Assembly (NCBI GenBank): GCA_963744145.1
Contig: CAVUSO010000001.1
Coordinates: forward strand, 2,880,001-2,944,000
Direction: 5' to 3'
Source: an uncultured cyanobacterium
GTDB lineage: Bacteria; Cyanobacteriota; Cyanobacteriia; Cyanobacteriales; CAWUOF01
Length of the DNA stretch: 64,000 nucleotides
Part shown: piece by piece, positions 20,643 through 31,960 of the stretch
How the letters are laid out: the number at the start of each line of letters is the position of its first letter
Position numbering within the stretch: the stretch's first letter is position 1
Notes under the pieces: generated by a model
Seen by the model: the letters and a program-made list of their open reading frames with translations, nothing else
What the model was told of the DNA's origin: nothing
Databases searched by the model: none
Translations under genes and position numbers: made by a program

Positions 20643-21263
20643 TTAAAGTGCTACATTTTTCTCGCACTTTTGGAAAATGTAGTGCAAAGCTCCCAATGTT
20701 TGTGCGGCATCGTCTGAAATATAGCCTCTACTTTCATAGACTGTCCCCGTCATAGCCAGCTGATAAAAAATCCATTCCCTTGCATTAGTCACTACACCGA
20801 AAATATCAAGCTGTTTCCCTACTTGTTTATTCTGCCATTGGCAGGCTTGCATTTCTACCAAACATTGTGCTAATCCCTGCTCAAAATCATCGCGTTTTGC
20901 CTCCACCACACAGGCAAATGGTGCTTCTAAATAATCTTTTTTTTCGGCAATAACATAATCAGCATTACCGATTAAAACATCACTTTCAATTTTGCCACCC
21001 TTCCAGATTTTCAGATTTTCGATCCCTTCCATTGCTTCATCACAAAAAGCATCTATCAAAAGTTTCTTAGATTCTTCATAAGAATGAAGGTCAAATTTGC
21101 GCTGCAATCTTTCTAGGTGTTGAATAAAGAAATCACTGGGTGCAAGAGGTTCTCTGGGAAATGTCCAAGGTACTAGAGTTTTTATACCAACCTGTTTGTA
21201 TGCTTCAGCCATACTGAAACTAGAAAAGCTTTTTTTCTTGGACTTGGGGATTTTTGCTGCCAT
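20643..21263 (-). CDS. PD-(D/E)XK restriction-endonuclease-fold protein
   Basis: ADY..VVEAKR..GLAQCLVEM..GVVTNAREW pattern. Confidence 0.75.
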   Translation of the reverse strand: MAAKIPKSKKKSFSSFSMAEAYKQVGIKTLVPWTFPREPLAPSDFFIQHLERLQRKFDLHSYEESKKLLIDAFCDEAMEGIENLKIWKGGKIESDVLIGNADYVIAEKKDYLEAPFACVVEAKRDDFEQGLAQCLVEMQACQWQNKQVGKQLDIFGVVTNAREWIFYQLAMTGTVYESRGYISDDAAQTLGALHYIFQKCEKNVAL

Positions 21264-21486
21264 GATTTACTTGGTAATGACTGAACTAAAATTTTAGCGC
21301 GATTTTAGTTAGCGAAGAATATATAAGATCCCCATCTGCTTTTAATGTACCGCCAAAACCCTCTAGAATTCGGACAGATGCAGTGGGGGTCAGTATCCAT
21401 AGCTTTGACCAATGGCTGATTTTCCCATTTGTTGAGAAAATCAGCCATTATAGATATTACTCCAATGTAATGGACTGGAGAGAGTC

Positions 21487-22176
21487 ATGTCATCTGCTCC
21501 GCTATTTCGGGATCGTGCTGATGCTGGTGAACAATTAGCCAAAGCAATTTTAACGGCATTGGCTGAGTTAAAGATTGGTAATCTAGAGGTTAAACCGATA
21601 GTTTACGGTTTACCTAAAGGTGGATTACCATTAGCCGCAAAAATTGCTAGTTGTTTAGACTGTCCTTTAGATTTTATTGTTGCTAAAAAAATTACTCGTC
21701 CAGAAAATCCAGAATTAGCCATTGGTGCAGTTACTGCGGATGGAGAAGTAATCTGGTCAAAACATAAACCTGTGAATTCCCGATCGTGTAAAATTGCCCT
21801 AGCTGAAGCACAAGAAAAGGCTCAACAGCAATTAGATCAACTATCTAGGGGATATCCAGATCATCAAAAACTTCCTCCTCCCATTGAGGGAGCGATCGGC
21901 ATTTTAGTGGATGATGGGATTGCTACAGGGATGACGATGATGGTAGCAGCACAAGCATTAAGTAAGCGAAAACCTGCCGAAATTTGGATCTGTACTCCAG
22001 TCGCACCACCGGAATTAATCGATTCACTCATGGATTTGAGCGATCGACTCATTATTTTAGCCACACCAGCACAATTTTTTAGTGTCAGTCGTTTTTATGA
22101 GGACTTTCCCCAAGTGGAAATAGCTGAAGCATTGTTTTACTTACAACAACATCAGCAAAATTTATCCACCAATTAA
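21487..22176 (+). CDS. Phosphoribosyltransferase-family protein
   Basis: FRDRADAG; PRPP motif ILVDDGIATG. Confidence 0.9.
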   Translation: MSSAPLFRDRADAGEQLAKAILTALAELKIGNLEVKPIVYGLPKGGLPLAAKIASCLDCPLDFIVAKKITRPENPELAIGAVTADGEVIWSKHKPVNSRSCKIALAEAQEKAQQQLDQLSRGYPDHQKLPPPIEGAIGILVDDGIATGMTMMVAAQALSKRKPAEIWICTPVAPPELIDSLMDLSDRLIILATPAQFFSVSRFYEDFPQVEIAEALFYLQQHQQNLSTN

Positions 22177-22257
22177 TCAAGATTGGCTGACACAGATTCA
22201 TGGACTGATGGTATGATCAGAAATTGGCGTTGATCAACAAAAACTGATAACGAACTC

Positions 22258-22560
22258 ATGAGATTGTGGCGGTTTTGGTGGGATACTATAATTATGTCAA
22301 GCCAGCACCATCCTCCTCGCTTTATTGAGGGGTTGATGTCCATGTTTGCGATCGCCTTATTAATAGCTTGGGTCATCAAACAGGATTGGCCCTATTTAAT
22401 TTTAGGTGGGACTTATGCGGTGGGGACAGCAGCATCAATTTTGGTTGGAGAGATTATCCTCCCTTCCACACAAGTTCGCTTAACTTTAGCGACGATGTTA
22501 CTGTTGCTAACTTTTTTATTGTTATTAATTAGTTTTTACGGTTTTACCGGGATAATTTAG
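22258..22560 (+). CDS. Small hypothetical membrane protein
   Basis: Three hydrophobic segments; fills the intergenic space; start may be 22294. Confidence 0.55.
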   Translation: MRLWRFWWDTIIMSSQHHPPRFIEGLMSMFAIALLIAWVIKQDWPYLILGGTYAVGTAASILVGEIILPSTQVRLTLATMLLLLTFLLLLISFYGFTGII

Positions 22561-22934
22561 GATGATTTCTGTAAGAGAATCAGACGATTACCCGCTGGAT
22601 CATAAGCATAGACTTCTTGACCATGCTCCCTGTCGATAATTTTCCCAGGTGGAGCATAACCTAAACCTTGGAGATGAGCGATCGCCGCTTTTAAATTATC
22701 TACTTCTAGACATAAACTGATGCTGGGATGAGCTGGAGCGGTAAATTCATCAGCATCATCTTTTTGGGGATGAAAAACTCCTAATCGTAATCCACCAGAT
22801 AAATGGAACTCGGCATATTGATTAGGGATATGAGTTTGGGGGACAAGATTTAAAAATTGGGAATAAAATTGCACCACTTTACCGAAATTGATCGCAGCGA
22901 TCGTCACTAACGCCCCTTCACATCGCCAAAGCAT
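22557..22934 (-). CDS. VOC/glyoxalase-family protein
   Basis: SLCLEVDNL and YAYDPAGNRL motifs. Confidence 0.88.
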   Translation of the reverse strand: MLWRCEGALVTIAAINFGKVVQFYSQFLNLVPQTHIPNQYAEFHLSGGLRLGVFHPQKDDADEFTAPAHPSISLCLEVDNLKAAIAHLQGLGYAPPGKIIDREHGQEVYAYDPAGNRLILLQKSS

Positions 22935-23123
22935 AATTATCTACCATAATCAATGAGCTAATCCTAGCATATTTATCAATTTCTGATCACATACTGTACT
23001 AATCTAAAAATTTAGCGGGACTGATTAATTAAGCGGGACTGACCCAATCAGAACAGACAATTTTGTGAAAACAGGGTAGTTTCGGGATACTCCCCTCGCC
23101 CATCTTATCAAGGTAAAAGTCAA

Positions 23124-25028
23124 ATGCACCTCAGTGAAATCAAACATCCAAACCAACTTCATGGTTTGTCAATCCATCAACTAGAACAAATTGCCCGTCA
23201 GCTTCGGGAAAAACATCTCCAAACGATCGCAGCTACAGGTGGTCATCTTGGACCAGGTTTGGGTGTAGTTGAATTAACTATTGCTCTTTATCAAACTTTA
23301 GACCTCGATCATGACAAAGTTATTTGGGATGTTGGTCATCAAGCCTATCCCCATAAAATGCTAACGGGTCGCTACCATAACTTTAGCACTTTGCGGCAAA
23401 AAGACGGGATTGCAGGATATTTAAAACGGTGCGAAAGTAAATTTGATCATTTTGGAGCTGGACACGCTTCCACGAGTATTTCTGCGGCTCTGGGAATGGC
23501 TTTAGCTAGGGATCTAAAAGGTGAGCATTTTAAAGTTGCTGCGATTATTGGGGATGGTGCTTTAACTGGGGGAATGGCTCTCGAAGCAATTAACCATGCA
23601 GGACATTTGCCCAAAACTAATTTAATGGTAGTGCTGAATGACAATGAGATGTCAATTTCTCCCAATGTCGGAGCAATTCCTCGTTATTTAAACAAAATGC
23701 GTCTGAGTCCACCAGTTCAGTTTATTGCGGATAATTTAGAAGAACAATTTAAGCATATTCCCTTTTTTGGGGAAACCTTTACACCGGAAATGGAACGTTT
23801 CAAAGAAGGGATGAAACGTTTAGCAGTATCAAAAGTGGGAGCAGTAATTGAGGAATTAGGATTTACTTATATTGGTCCGGTGGATGGGCATAATTTAGAA
23901 GAACTAATTACTACTTTCCAACAAGCGCATCAAATGACTGGACCGGTGTTAGTTCATGTGGCAACAGTTAAGGGTAAAGGATACGCGATCGCTGAAAAAG
24001 ATCAAGTTGGATATCATGCTCAAAGTCCCTTTAATTTAGCTACTGGAAAAGCTATTCCTTCGAGTAAACCCAAACCTCCAGCTTACTCAAAAGTATTTGC
24101 TCATGCTTTAGTGAAACTAGCAGAAAATAATCCGAAAATCATTGGGATTACTGCGGCAATGGCAACGGGAACTGGACTAGATAAACTGCATGAAAAACTG
24201 CCCTCACAATATATTGATGTCGGGATTGCCGAACAACACGCGGTCACCTTATCAGCAGGATTAGCTTGTGAAGGAATGCGTCCTGTAGTGGCAATTTATT
24301 CGACCTTTTTACAACGGGGTTACGATCAAATTATTCATGATGTTTGCATCCAAAATCTACCAGTTTTCTTCTGTTTAGATCGGGCTGGAATAGTTGGTGC
24401 TGATGGTCCAACTCACCAAGGAATGTATGACATTGCTTATTTGCGCTGTTTACCAAATATGGTGTTAATGGCACCTAAAGATGAAGCAGAATTACAACGG
24501 ATGGTTGTCACTGGAATTAATTATACCAGTGGACCGATCGCCATGCGCTATCCTCGCGGTAATGGTTATGGTGTACCGTTGATGGAGGAAGGATGGGAAC
24601 CTGTAGAAATTGGTAAAGCGGAAATTCTGCGTCAGGGAGATCATGTATTAATAATTGGCTATGGTGCAATGGTTTATCCAGCCATGCAAACAGCAGAAAT
24701 TCTCAGTGAACATGGGATTGAATGTACTGTAGTTAATGCACGTTTTGTGAAACCTTTGGATGCAGAATTAATTTTGCCTTTGGCGAAAAAAATTGGTCGA
24801 GTTGTGACCATAGAAGAAGGTTGTTTAATGGGTGGTTTTGGTAGTGCTGTAGTGGAAATGTTGATGGATAATAATATTCTGGTTCCCGTAGTGCGAATTG
24901 GTGTACCAGATCAGTTAGTTGAACACGCAGAACCAAAAGAATCGATGTCTGATTTAGGTTTAACACCTGCTCAAATTGCCGATCGGGTGCGATTAACTTT
25001 TAATCCTCAACTTTCACCAGTTAGTTAA
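23124..25028 (+). CDS. dxs: 1-deoxy-D-xylulose-5-phosphate synthase
   Basis: [24 protein letters not shown] and GADGPTHQG motifs. Confidence 0.98.
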   Translation: MHLSEIKHPNQLHGLSIHQLEQIARQLREKHLQTIAATGGHLGPGLGVVELTIALYQTLDLDHDKVIWDVGHQAYPHKMLTGRYHNFSTLRQKDGIAGYLKRCESKFDHFGAGHASTSISAALGMALARDLKGEHFKVAAIIGDGALTGGMALEAINHAGHLPKTNLMVVLNDNEMSISPNVGAIPRYLNKMRLSPPVQFIADNLEEQFKHIPFFGETFTPEMERFKEGMKRLAVSKVGAVIEELGFTYIGPVDGHNLEELITTFQQAHQMTGPVLVHVATVKGKGYAIAEKDQVGYHAQSPFNLATGKAIPSSKPKPPAYSKVFAHALVKLAENNPKIIGITAAMATGTGLDKLHEKLPSQYIDVGIAEQHAVTLSAGLACEGMRPVVAIYSTFLQRGYDQIIHDVCIQNLPVFFCLDRAGIVGADGPTHQGMYDIAYLRCLPNMVLMAPKDEAELQRMVVTGINYTSGPIAMRYPRGNGYGVPLMEEGWEPVEIGKAEILRQGDHVLIIGYGAMVYPAMQTAEILSEHGIECTVVNARFVKPLDAELILPLAKKIGRVVTIEEGCLMGGFGSAVVEMLMDNNILVPVVRIGVPDQLVEHAEPKESMSDLGLTPAQIADRVRLTFNPQLSPVS

Positions 25029-25037
25029 GAGTTTAAT

Positions 25038-25064
25038 TAGGGTGGGCAAATCCCCACCCTAAAA
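25038..25064 (+). terminator. Hairpin after dxs (terminator or REP-like)
   Basis: TAGGGTGGG-CAAATC-CCCACCCTA. Confidence 0.6.
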
Positions 25065-25095
25065 GTTTAAATCAGATTAGATTAGATAAAAATAG

Positions 25096-25365
25096 ATGCT
25101 GAAAATCGATACCACGTTACCCCTAGAAGCCGATCTAGTAAAGAATAATTGGGAATTTACAGAGGTCTGGATCGATCCAAATCTTTCACCACCTTATCTG
25201 CTTTTGTTGCTGAGTGATGCTGAAGGAAATTGTCACATCTATGATCCGGCTGAGAGTTATAAAGTTGTGTTTTCCAGTCAGAGTTATGATGAGGCACAGA
25301 ATTGGCTTTTAGAGGATGAGTATGAACCTATAGAAGGACGGCTAAGGGCATCGGAGTTATTTTAA
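25096..25365 (+). CDS. Conserved cyanobacterial hypothetical protein
   Basis: WEFTEVWIDP..WLLEDEYE..GRL. Confidence 0.8.
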   Translation: MLKIDTTLPLEADLVKNNWEFTEVWIDPNLSPPYLLLLLSDAEGNCHIYDPAESYKVVFSSQSYDEAQNWLLEDEYEPIEGRLRASELF

Positions 25366-25369
25366 ATCC

Positions 25370-25445
25370 CTAATGATCCTTGTTTTAATAGTAAAATATA
25401 CTGGAGTAAGTTTCATCACCAATAACCACTAAATTACTTATGACC
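25370..25445 (+). repeat. ~76-bp copy of the mtnA upstream region and start (other copy 30785-30861)
   Basis: TTGTTTTAATAGTAAAATATACTGGAGTAAGTTTCATCACCAATAACCACTAAATTA..ATGACC at both sites. Confidence 0.9.
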
Positions 25446-25452
25446 ACATATA

Positions 25453-25992
25453 ATGCTCGTAATGCTCGAAGTTGGAATGACTAATTTTCCCACGAATAAT
25501 GAATTATCTCCGCTCAATATTCAACTTAACCATTGGTCAGTAGGAGAAGATCCTCAACTGCATCGTTTACTGATACAAGAAAGTTTAAACGATGATGAAA
25601 AAAATCTGGTTCTGACAGCGTTGGATGGTTATTTTGAGCAACTACAACAGACCGCAGATTATCAATCCCGTGACTTAATGGTGTTACATCCAGGAGTCCC
25701 CAACTTAGATGCACTGTTGACAAAATTCGATCGCATTCATACCCATGCTGATGATGAAGTGCGTTACATCCTTGATGGAGAAGGGATTTTTGGTTTTGTC
25801 CGTCCTGATGGTAGTCAAGTTGAACTAACTGTAGAAGCTGAAGAATACATTAATGTACCTGCGGGAACTGAACACTGGTTTTATCTAACTCCGAAACGCC
25901 AAATCAAAGCAATTCGTTATTTCACTGGTACAGCAGGCTGGGTTCCCCAGTATACTGGAACAGAAATCCATTTTCGTCGGGTACTTGTCTGA
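25453..25992 (+). CDS. mtnD: Second, 5'-replaced copy of acireductone dioxygenase (may be a pseudogene)
   Basis: Near-identical to 28651-29145 from codon ~16; HTHADDEVRY retained; native N-terminus lost. Confidence 0.7.
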   Translation: MLVMLEVGMTNFPTNNELSPLNIQLNHWSVGEDPQLHRLLIQESLNDDEKNLVLTALDGYFEQLQQTADYQSRDLMVLHPGVPNLDALLTKFDRIHTHADDEVRYILDGEGIFGFVRPDGSQVELTVEAEEYINVPAGTEHWFYLTPKRQIKAIRYFTGTAGWVPQYTGTEIHFRRVLV

Positions 25993-26057
25993 TGGGTCGA
26001 ATGGTTTTTTGTGATTTTGATGGCACAATTACTGCTGTTGAAACCTTTGTGGCGATC
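25992..26057 (+). pseudogene. 5' stub of mtnX
   Basis: MGRMVFCDFDGTITAVETFVAI, a copy of 29145-29210 that ends at GGCGATC. Confidence 0.85.
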
Positions 26058-26058
26058 G

Positions 26059-26167
26059 GATCTCGGCGAAAAACTGGGCTGATCTTTCGGTTATAATATT
26101 AATCGGTTTAAGCTAGTAATCATCGCCCTTATGCTGATCCGCCCCTACGCTTAACTGAACCAGATTG
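26059..26167. repeat. Degenerate hairpin-B MITE copy
   Basis: GATCTCGGCGAA..GCCCCTAC.CTTAACTGAACCAGATTG, collinear with 440-558. Confidence 0.75.
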
Positions 26168-26209
26168 AACTCTAATGAGAATTTATCGCTCTATTTTGTT
26201 GAAACCTAT

Positions 26210-28136
26210 ATGAATAAAACACCTCTTCGCTTTCTGGCCATAAATAATTATAAAAATCTCTATTTACCTGAACCTATTTATTTAAGCAATCTGAATATTT
26301 TCATCGGCTCAAATGCTTCAGGAAAAAGCAATTTTATCAATTGTTTGAAATTTTTAAAAGATTGTTTGAATAATATTACTGATGAACATGGTGGCGTTAG
26401 TAGCTTTGAGGATGCAATTGCCAAACTTGGCGGTAATAGAATCTTAGATAGCCATGTTGAAAGTGCAGCAAAAATCAGGTTTTCTTATTGTTTTTTGAAT
26501 ATTGTTCCTACTGAGACTAATAGTTCTAATCAAATCAAAGATAATTGTGTAATTCTTGACTTAAAACTTTATGTTGAGAAACAAAACTTGAGAGCAAGTA
26601 TTATTGAGGAAAATTTATATAGTGGAGAAGAATTGTATGATATTGATCATGAAGTTGATTTCAATATGAGACAGCCCCCTTTTTATTACTATCAATTACA
26701 TGGAAAAAAGTTAGGTGAAGGAATAGTAGCTGTTTACGATAATAATTTATCTACCACTTATCCTGATTTTGAAAATATATCCAATATTCCGACAAATTCA
26801 TTAGGTTTATTTATCATCCCAATATTCCTTTACAAAACTCAATATATTCCTGAAGAAATACCTGTCCATGAAATTAGAAAATATTTGATTAATTCGATTT
26901 ATAAATGGCAATTTTATAATGCGAATAATATGGATTTAAACATCATTAGAATCAAAGAACCAAGAATAGGCTTAAATGATATTTATTTATCACCATCGGG
27001 AGATAACTTAGCGTTAGTTTTAGATAACTTAATTAATCAAGATATTAATTTTGAAGAAAGCATTAATTTAGCCATGAAGTCTATTTTACCAAAGACTCGT
27101 CGGGTTAGACCTGGACGTGCTGGTCGTTTATCTCTTACCGTAGAATGGTATATGGATGGGATTAAAGAACCATTTTATCTTAACGAAATGTCAGATGGAA
27201 CTGTCAGGATGTTATGTTGGGCAATTATATTACATTCTCCACTTATTCCAGCTTTACTAGTAATTGATGAACCAGAATTAGGATTGCATATATCATGGAT
27301 GCCAATTTTAGCAGAGTGGATTAAAAGAGCTGCAACAAGAACACAAGTAATTATTACTACTCATAGTCCTGATTTACTAGATCACTTTACAGATTGTTTA
27401 GAAAATGTTCTGTGTTTTTATTCAGAAAATAGAACTCATTTTTCTATCAAACATCTTTCTCAAGAAATGCTAGATTCCAAACTTGAACAAGGATGGCAAT
27501 TAGGCGATCTATATCGTGTTGGCGACCCAAGCATTGGAGGATCGGCCGTGGTAGTATGGGTGTTTGCTGGTGGTGGTGAATCTGAAGTTAGAGGGTTAAT
27601 TCCTTTTTTAGAGAAAACTTTTTCTGGATGTAGATTTGAACGAAAAACACCAATCCGTCAGAAACCGGGTCCTAAGCCAAATTGTTTAAACAGTTATGGC
27701 AAAACAGGTCAAAGCTTAATTGAGCAAATAAAAGAACAGCTACCTATTGCCTTAAAATGGGAGCCAAAACAATGTGACCTTCTATTAGTTTTTGATGATT
27801 TAGATTGTCGCGATCATTTACGGCAAAAAGAAAGAATCTTGAATGAGATATCAACATTACCAGAATCTGCTAATATTGAGAAATTTGTTGGGTTCGCTGC
27901 TCCTGAACTCGAAGCTTGGATTATTGCGGATTGGGATAATTCAATAGCTAGACATCCGGATTTTCGAGGTAGACATGAGCGGATGCGTTGGTGGCTGACG
28001 CAAAAAAAAATATTTCTTTTGATCAACCAGAATCATTTAGTGCGTATGACAAACAGAGAGATTGTTGTCGAGAAAAATTATCAGAGTTAATCATTCAGTC
28101 AAGTATGCAAAATGAGGAGGAGTTTCATTACCTAAT
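26210..28136 (+). pseudogene. AAA/ABC-type ATPase plus DUF4276/TOPRIM-like partner, fused and frameshifted
   Basis: GSNASGKS, MSDGT, IDEPELGLH and TTHS motifs; an extra C at 27543 abolishes GGWPW-stop and reads into VVWVFAGGGESE..DDLD..ELEAW; a second shift at the A9 tract 28002-28010. Confidence 0.8.
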
Positions 28137-28204
28137 TACTTATGGTCTATACATCTGTCCAAGTTGATCCAGTGATTTGGCACAAAGATCGGGTTTTATT
28201 GATC
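28137..28204 (+). pseudogene. 5' stub of mtnA
   Basis: ATGGTCTATACATCTGTCCAAGTTGATCCAGTGATTTGGCACAAAGATCGGGTTTTATTGATC matches 30856-30918. Confidence 0.85.
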
Positions 28205-28447
28205 TAGAGAAATTGAAAGATGCTTCTCTTAACTCAAGAAAGATATCGCTTCTGCTCTAATAATAGCTATAATAAAATCCAACTAAATCAACTAATCACT
28301 AGGTCAACTAATTCAGTACAAGAACAAGTATCGGCGTTGAGAAAACGAGTTAGCTTAATGGCCAATTTGGATAAAAGTCTTTAAGGATGTTCAAGGTATA
28401 ATTAATTGTTAGGTAGAACCCATTCAAGCAATAGGATGGTAAGGATT

Positions 28448-28572
28448 ATGTCTGTACTAGCAACCGAGCGAAAGAAATTTACCGTAGAGGAAAAAGTGCG
28501 GACTTGCGGTGGTGGAGTTGTCAGAATTTATGGTTTGTTGACAGAAATTGAAATCGATGTTAAAGAATTTGA
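28448..28572 (+). pseudogene. Probable Uma2-family endonuclease remnant
   Basis: MSVLATERKKFTVEE resembles Uma2 N-termini; most of the gene is missing. Confidence 0.4.
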
Positions 28573-28593
28573 AACTTACACAGGAGTTAGATC

Positions 28594-29145
28594 ATGGCAA
28601 AACTAAGACTAGCAGACGGAACAATTCAGACTGATTTGCCAACCATTAGCAATGAATTATCTCCGCTCAATATTCAACTTAACCATTGGTCAGCAGGAGA
28701 AGATCCTCAACTGCATCGTTTACTGATACAAGAAAGTTTAAACGATGATGAAAAAAATCTGGTTCTGACAGCGTTGGATGGTTATTTTGAGCAACTACAA
28801 CAAACCGCAGATTATCAATCCCGTGACTTAATGGTGTTACATCCAGGAGTCCCCAACTTAGATGCACTGTTGACAAAATTCGATCGCATTCATACCCATG
28901 CTGATGATGAAGTGCGTTACATCCTTGATGGAGAAGGGATTTTTGGTTTTGTCCGTCCTGATGGTAGTCAAGTTGAACTAACCGTAGAAGCTGAAGAATA
29001 CATTAATGTACCTGCGGGAACTGAACACTGGTTTTATCTAACTCCGAAACGCCGCATCAAAGCAATTCGTTATTTCATTGGTACAGCAGGCTGGGTTCCC
29101 CAGTATACTGGAACAGAAATCCATTTTCGTCGGGTACTTGTCTGA
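28594..29145 (+). CDS. mtnD: Acireductone dioxygenase
   Basis: Cupin motifs HTHADDEVRY and VPAGTEHWF; AGGAG RBS; operon context. Confidence 0.93.
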   Translation: MAKLRLADGTIQTDLPTISNELSPLNIQLNHWSAGEDPQLHRLLIQESLNDDEKNLVLTALDGYFEQLQQTADYQSRDLMVLHPGVPNLDALLTKFDRIHTHADDEVRYILDGEGIFGFVRPDGSQVELTVEAEEYINVPAGTEHWFYLTPKRRIKAIRYFIGTAGWVPQYTGTEIHFRRVLV

Positions 29146-29780
29146 TGGGTCGAATGGTTTTTTGTGATTTTGATGGCACAATTACTGCTATTGAAACCTT
29201 TGTGGCGATCTTCAAGGAATTTGCCCCAAACATTTCTGCCGAGTTGCTACCTCAAATGTACGATCGCCAGATCACATTGAGGCAAGGTGTTCGGCAAATT
29301 CTTGCATCAATTCCTAGTCGCTGCTATCCAGATATTCTGGAGTTTACCCGATCGCAACCTGTCCGTCCTGGTTTTGTCGAACTGCTGGATTTTCTAGATG
29401 ACCATCAAGTTCCTTTGGTGGTTGTTTCTGGGGGATTGCGAGGTATGGTAGAAGTGGTTTTGAATCAACTGGTGCAACGAGTCCATGCTATTCACGCGAT
29501 CGATGTCGATCCCAGCGGTGAGTATTTGCAAATTCATTCACCTGATGAACATGGGACAGAAATGGTTGCCAAAGTAAAGGTGATTGAACATTATGGCGCG
29601 ACGGAGGCGATCGCGATTGGTGATTCTCTCACCGATTTAAACATGGCACTTTATGCGCCGATTGTTTTTGCTCGCGATCGTCTCGCCGCCTATTTAGATC
29701 AACATCAAACCTCTTATATTCACTGGCATGATTTCTTTGAGGTGCGCGATCGTTTAGCCTTATTGTGGAATAATAATTAG
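29145..29780 (+). CDS. mtnX: HAD-IB phosphatase, MtnX-like
   Basis: CDFDGTIT, VVSGG and IGDSLTD motifs; lies between mtnD and mtnB. Confidence 0.85.
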   Translation: MGRMVFCDFDGTITAIETFVAIFKEFAPNISAELLPQMYDRQITLRQGVRQILASIPSRCYPDILEFTRSQPVRPGFVELLDFLDDHQVPLVVVSGGLRGMVEVVLNQLVQRVHAIHAIDVDPSGEYLQIHSPDEHGTEMVAKVKVIEHYGATEAIAIGDSLTDLNMALYAPIVFARDRLAAYLDQHQTSYIHWHDFFEVRDRLALLWNNN

Positions 29781-29796
29781 ATTATACCTCTTGATC

Positions 29797-30432
29797 ATGT
29801 TTTCTGCTGATTTACGTCTAGAATTAATTGGTGCTGCTGAGTATTTCTATCAACAAGGTTGGATGGTTGGAACTGCTGGAAATCTCTCAGGACGTTTACC
29901 AGATGGCAGCTTTTGGATTACAGCCAGTGGCAAATCAAAAGGCAATTTAAGTTTGGTAGATTTTGTCAAAATTGCCCCTGATGGTACGGTAGAGCCCCTA
30001 TCAAACTATCTAAAACCTTCAGCCGAAACAGTAGTCCACCAGACTATTTATCAGCTATTTCCAGCAGCACAAGCTTGTTACCATGTCCACTCAATTGAGG
30101 GGAATTTGGTATCTCGATTTGTTGAGGGAGATACTTTACTGTTACCTCCCTTAGAAATGCTCAAAGGATTCAGGATTTCGCCCAAAAATCTGAATTGGAC
30201 GTTAGCCATTTTTCCCAACCATTTTGATGTTAGTAAAATTGCCCTAGAAATCGAGGAACGTTTTCAAATTGCACCTCCACAAATTCCAGCTTTACTAATT
30301 CGAGATCATGGAGTGACAGTTTGGGCAGATTCAACAGAAAAAGCTCGCAATTTTATTGAATTAATTGAATATATCTTTCGTTATCTAGTAGCCGCTAGTC
30401 AAACAGGAGTGAAAGTTAATCCCCATGTCTAA
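29797..30432 (+). CDS. mtnB: Methylthioribulose-1-phosphate dehydratase
   Basis: GTAGNLS, ITASG, PSAET..H, HVHS and HG class II aldolase motifs. Confidence 0.93.
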   Translation: MFSADLRLELIGAAEYFYQQGWMVGTAGNLSGRLPDGSFWITASGKSKGNLSLVDFVKIAPDGTVEPLSNYLKPSAETVVHQTIYQLFPAAQACYHVHSIEGNLVSRFVEGDTLLLPPLEMLKGFRISPKNLNWTLAIFPNHFDVSKIALEIEERFQIAPPQIPALLIRDHGVTVWADSTEKARNFIELIEYIFRYLVAASQTGVKVNPHV

Positions 30433-30721
30433 AAAAATCCGTGTTGTTGCCCGTTTAATAGCCTTTCCTGATAAAGTAAAAGAAGCAAAAGCTTTGTTAT
30501 TAGGATTAGTTGAACCGACTCGAAAAGAAGCCGGATGTCTGCAATATGACTTGCTACAGAACCAGGCAGATCCAACAGATTTCACTTTTGTAGAAGAGTG
30601 GGAATCTGATGAAATTCTCGATGCACATCTGGCTTCTGAACACATTCAAAATGCGATCGCGCAAATTCCCGAATTGATGGCTACAGAGCCAGATATTCGC
30701 CGTTACACTTTATTAGATTAG
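30425..30721 (+). CDS. ABM-family putative quinol monooxygenase
   Basis: TRKEAGCLQYDL..EEWES..AHLASEH. Confidence 0.9.
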   Translation: MSKKIRVVARLIAFPDKVKEAKALLLGLVEPTRKEAGCLQYDLLQNQADPTDFTFVEEWESDEILDAHLASEHIQNAIAQIPELMATEPDIRRYTLLD

Positions 30722-30855
30722 ATGTAAACCAGGGGCAACATGAAAGGAAAATAGAGTGCGTTTACCCTGCACAGAATTGGCTCACTAATGATCAATTGTT
30801 TTAATAGTAAAATATACTGGAGTAAGTTTCATCACCAATAACCACTAAATTATTT

Positions 30856-31917
30856 ATGACCTATACCTCTACCCAAGTTGATCCAGTGATTTGGCACGAA
30901 GACCGGGTTTTATTGATCGAACAAAATCGATTACCCGCAGAATATTCTGTAGTCGAAATTAATCGCTCGGAAGATTTGGCGATCGCGATTAAAACAATGA
31001 TTGTGCGAGGGGCTCCATCAATTGGAGTAGCTGCTGGGTATGGAATGTATTTAGGAGCTAGAGAAATTGAAACTAGCGATCGCACTGAGTTTTTAGCCCA
31101 GTTAGAAATTGTGGGCGAAAAGTTGCGTTTAACTCGTCCTACCGCAGTAAACTTATTTTGGGCGATCGCGCAAATGCTAAAAGTTGCTCATGAAACTACA
31201 GGTTCCATTGATGAGGTGAAACAAGTTTTATTAGCAACTGCTCAGAAGATTCAGTTGGAAAATTTGCAAAATTGTCACGCGATCGGTGATCATGGATTAA
31301 CAGTTTTACCTGCTTATCCTCAGCAATTAAACCTACTTACCCATTGTAATGCAGGAGCATTAGCAGCAGGAGGTTACGGGACAGCTTTAGGTGTCGTGAG
31401 ATCAGCTTGGAGAGAGGGTCGCTTAGAGAGAGTTTATGCTGATGAAACTCGTCCCCGTTTACAAGGTGCGAAACTTACCGCATGGGAATGTGTGCAATCA
31501 GGTATTCCTGTTACTATTATTACCGATAGTATGGCAGCCCATTGCATGAAACAAGGTAAAATTGATGCAGTGGTTGTTGGTGCCGATCGGATTGCAGCTA
31601 ATGGAGATACAGCAAACAAAATTGGTACTTATAGTTTAGCATTAGTTGCCCAAGCACATCATATTCCTTTTTTTGTCGCGGCACCTTTATCAACGATTGA
31701 TTTTGACTTAGTAAATGGTAATCTGATTCCCATTGAAGAACGTGATCCAGTCGAGATTTATCAAGTTGGTAATACTCGATTAGCACCGATCGGAGTAGAA
31801 TTCTATAATCCAGCTTTTGATGTAACTCCGGCTGAATTGATTACCAGTATTATTACCGAATATGGTGCAGTTGTTCCAGGGGAGTTAAAACAGTTTCAAG
31901 GGAAAGCATCGGTTTGA
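30856..31917 (+). CDS. mtnA: Methylthioribose-1-phosphate isomerase
   Basis: VRGAP, RPTAVNL, THCNAG, ETRP, GADRI, NKIGT and NPAFDVTP motifs. Confidence 0.97.
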   Translation: MTYTSTQVDPVIWHEDRVLLIEQNRLPAEYSVVEINRSEDLAIAIKTMIVRGAPSIGVAAGYGMYLGAREIETSDRTEFLAQLEIVGEKLRLTRPTAVNLFWAIAQMLKVAHETTGSIDEVKQVLLATAQKIQLENLQNCHAIGDHGLTVLPAYPQQLNLLTHCNAGALAAGGYGTALGVVRSAWREGRLERVYADETRPRLQGAKLTAWECVQSGIPVTIITDSMAAHCMKQGKIDAVVVGADRIAANGDTANKIGTYSLALVAQAHHIPFFVAAPLSTIDFDLVNGNLIPIEERDPVEIYQVGNTRLAPIGVEFYNPAFDVTPAELITSIITEYGAVVPGELKQFQGKASV

Positions 31918-31960
31918 ATCTGTCCAGAATTAGATGCGATCGGATCTTTTAGTTAGATCC

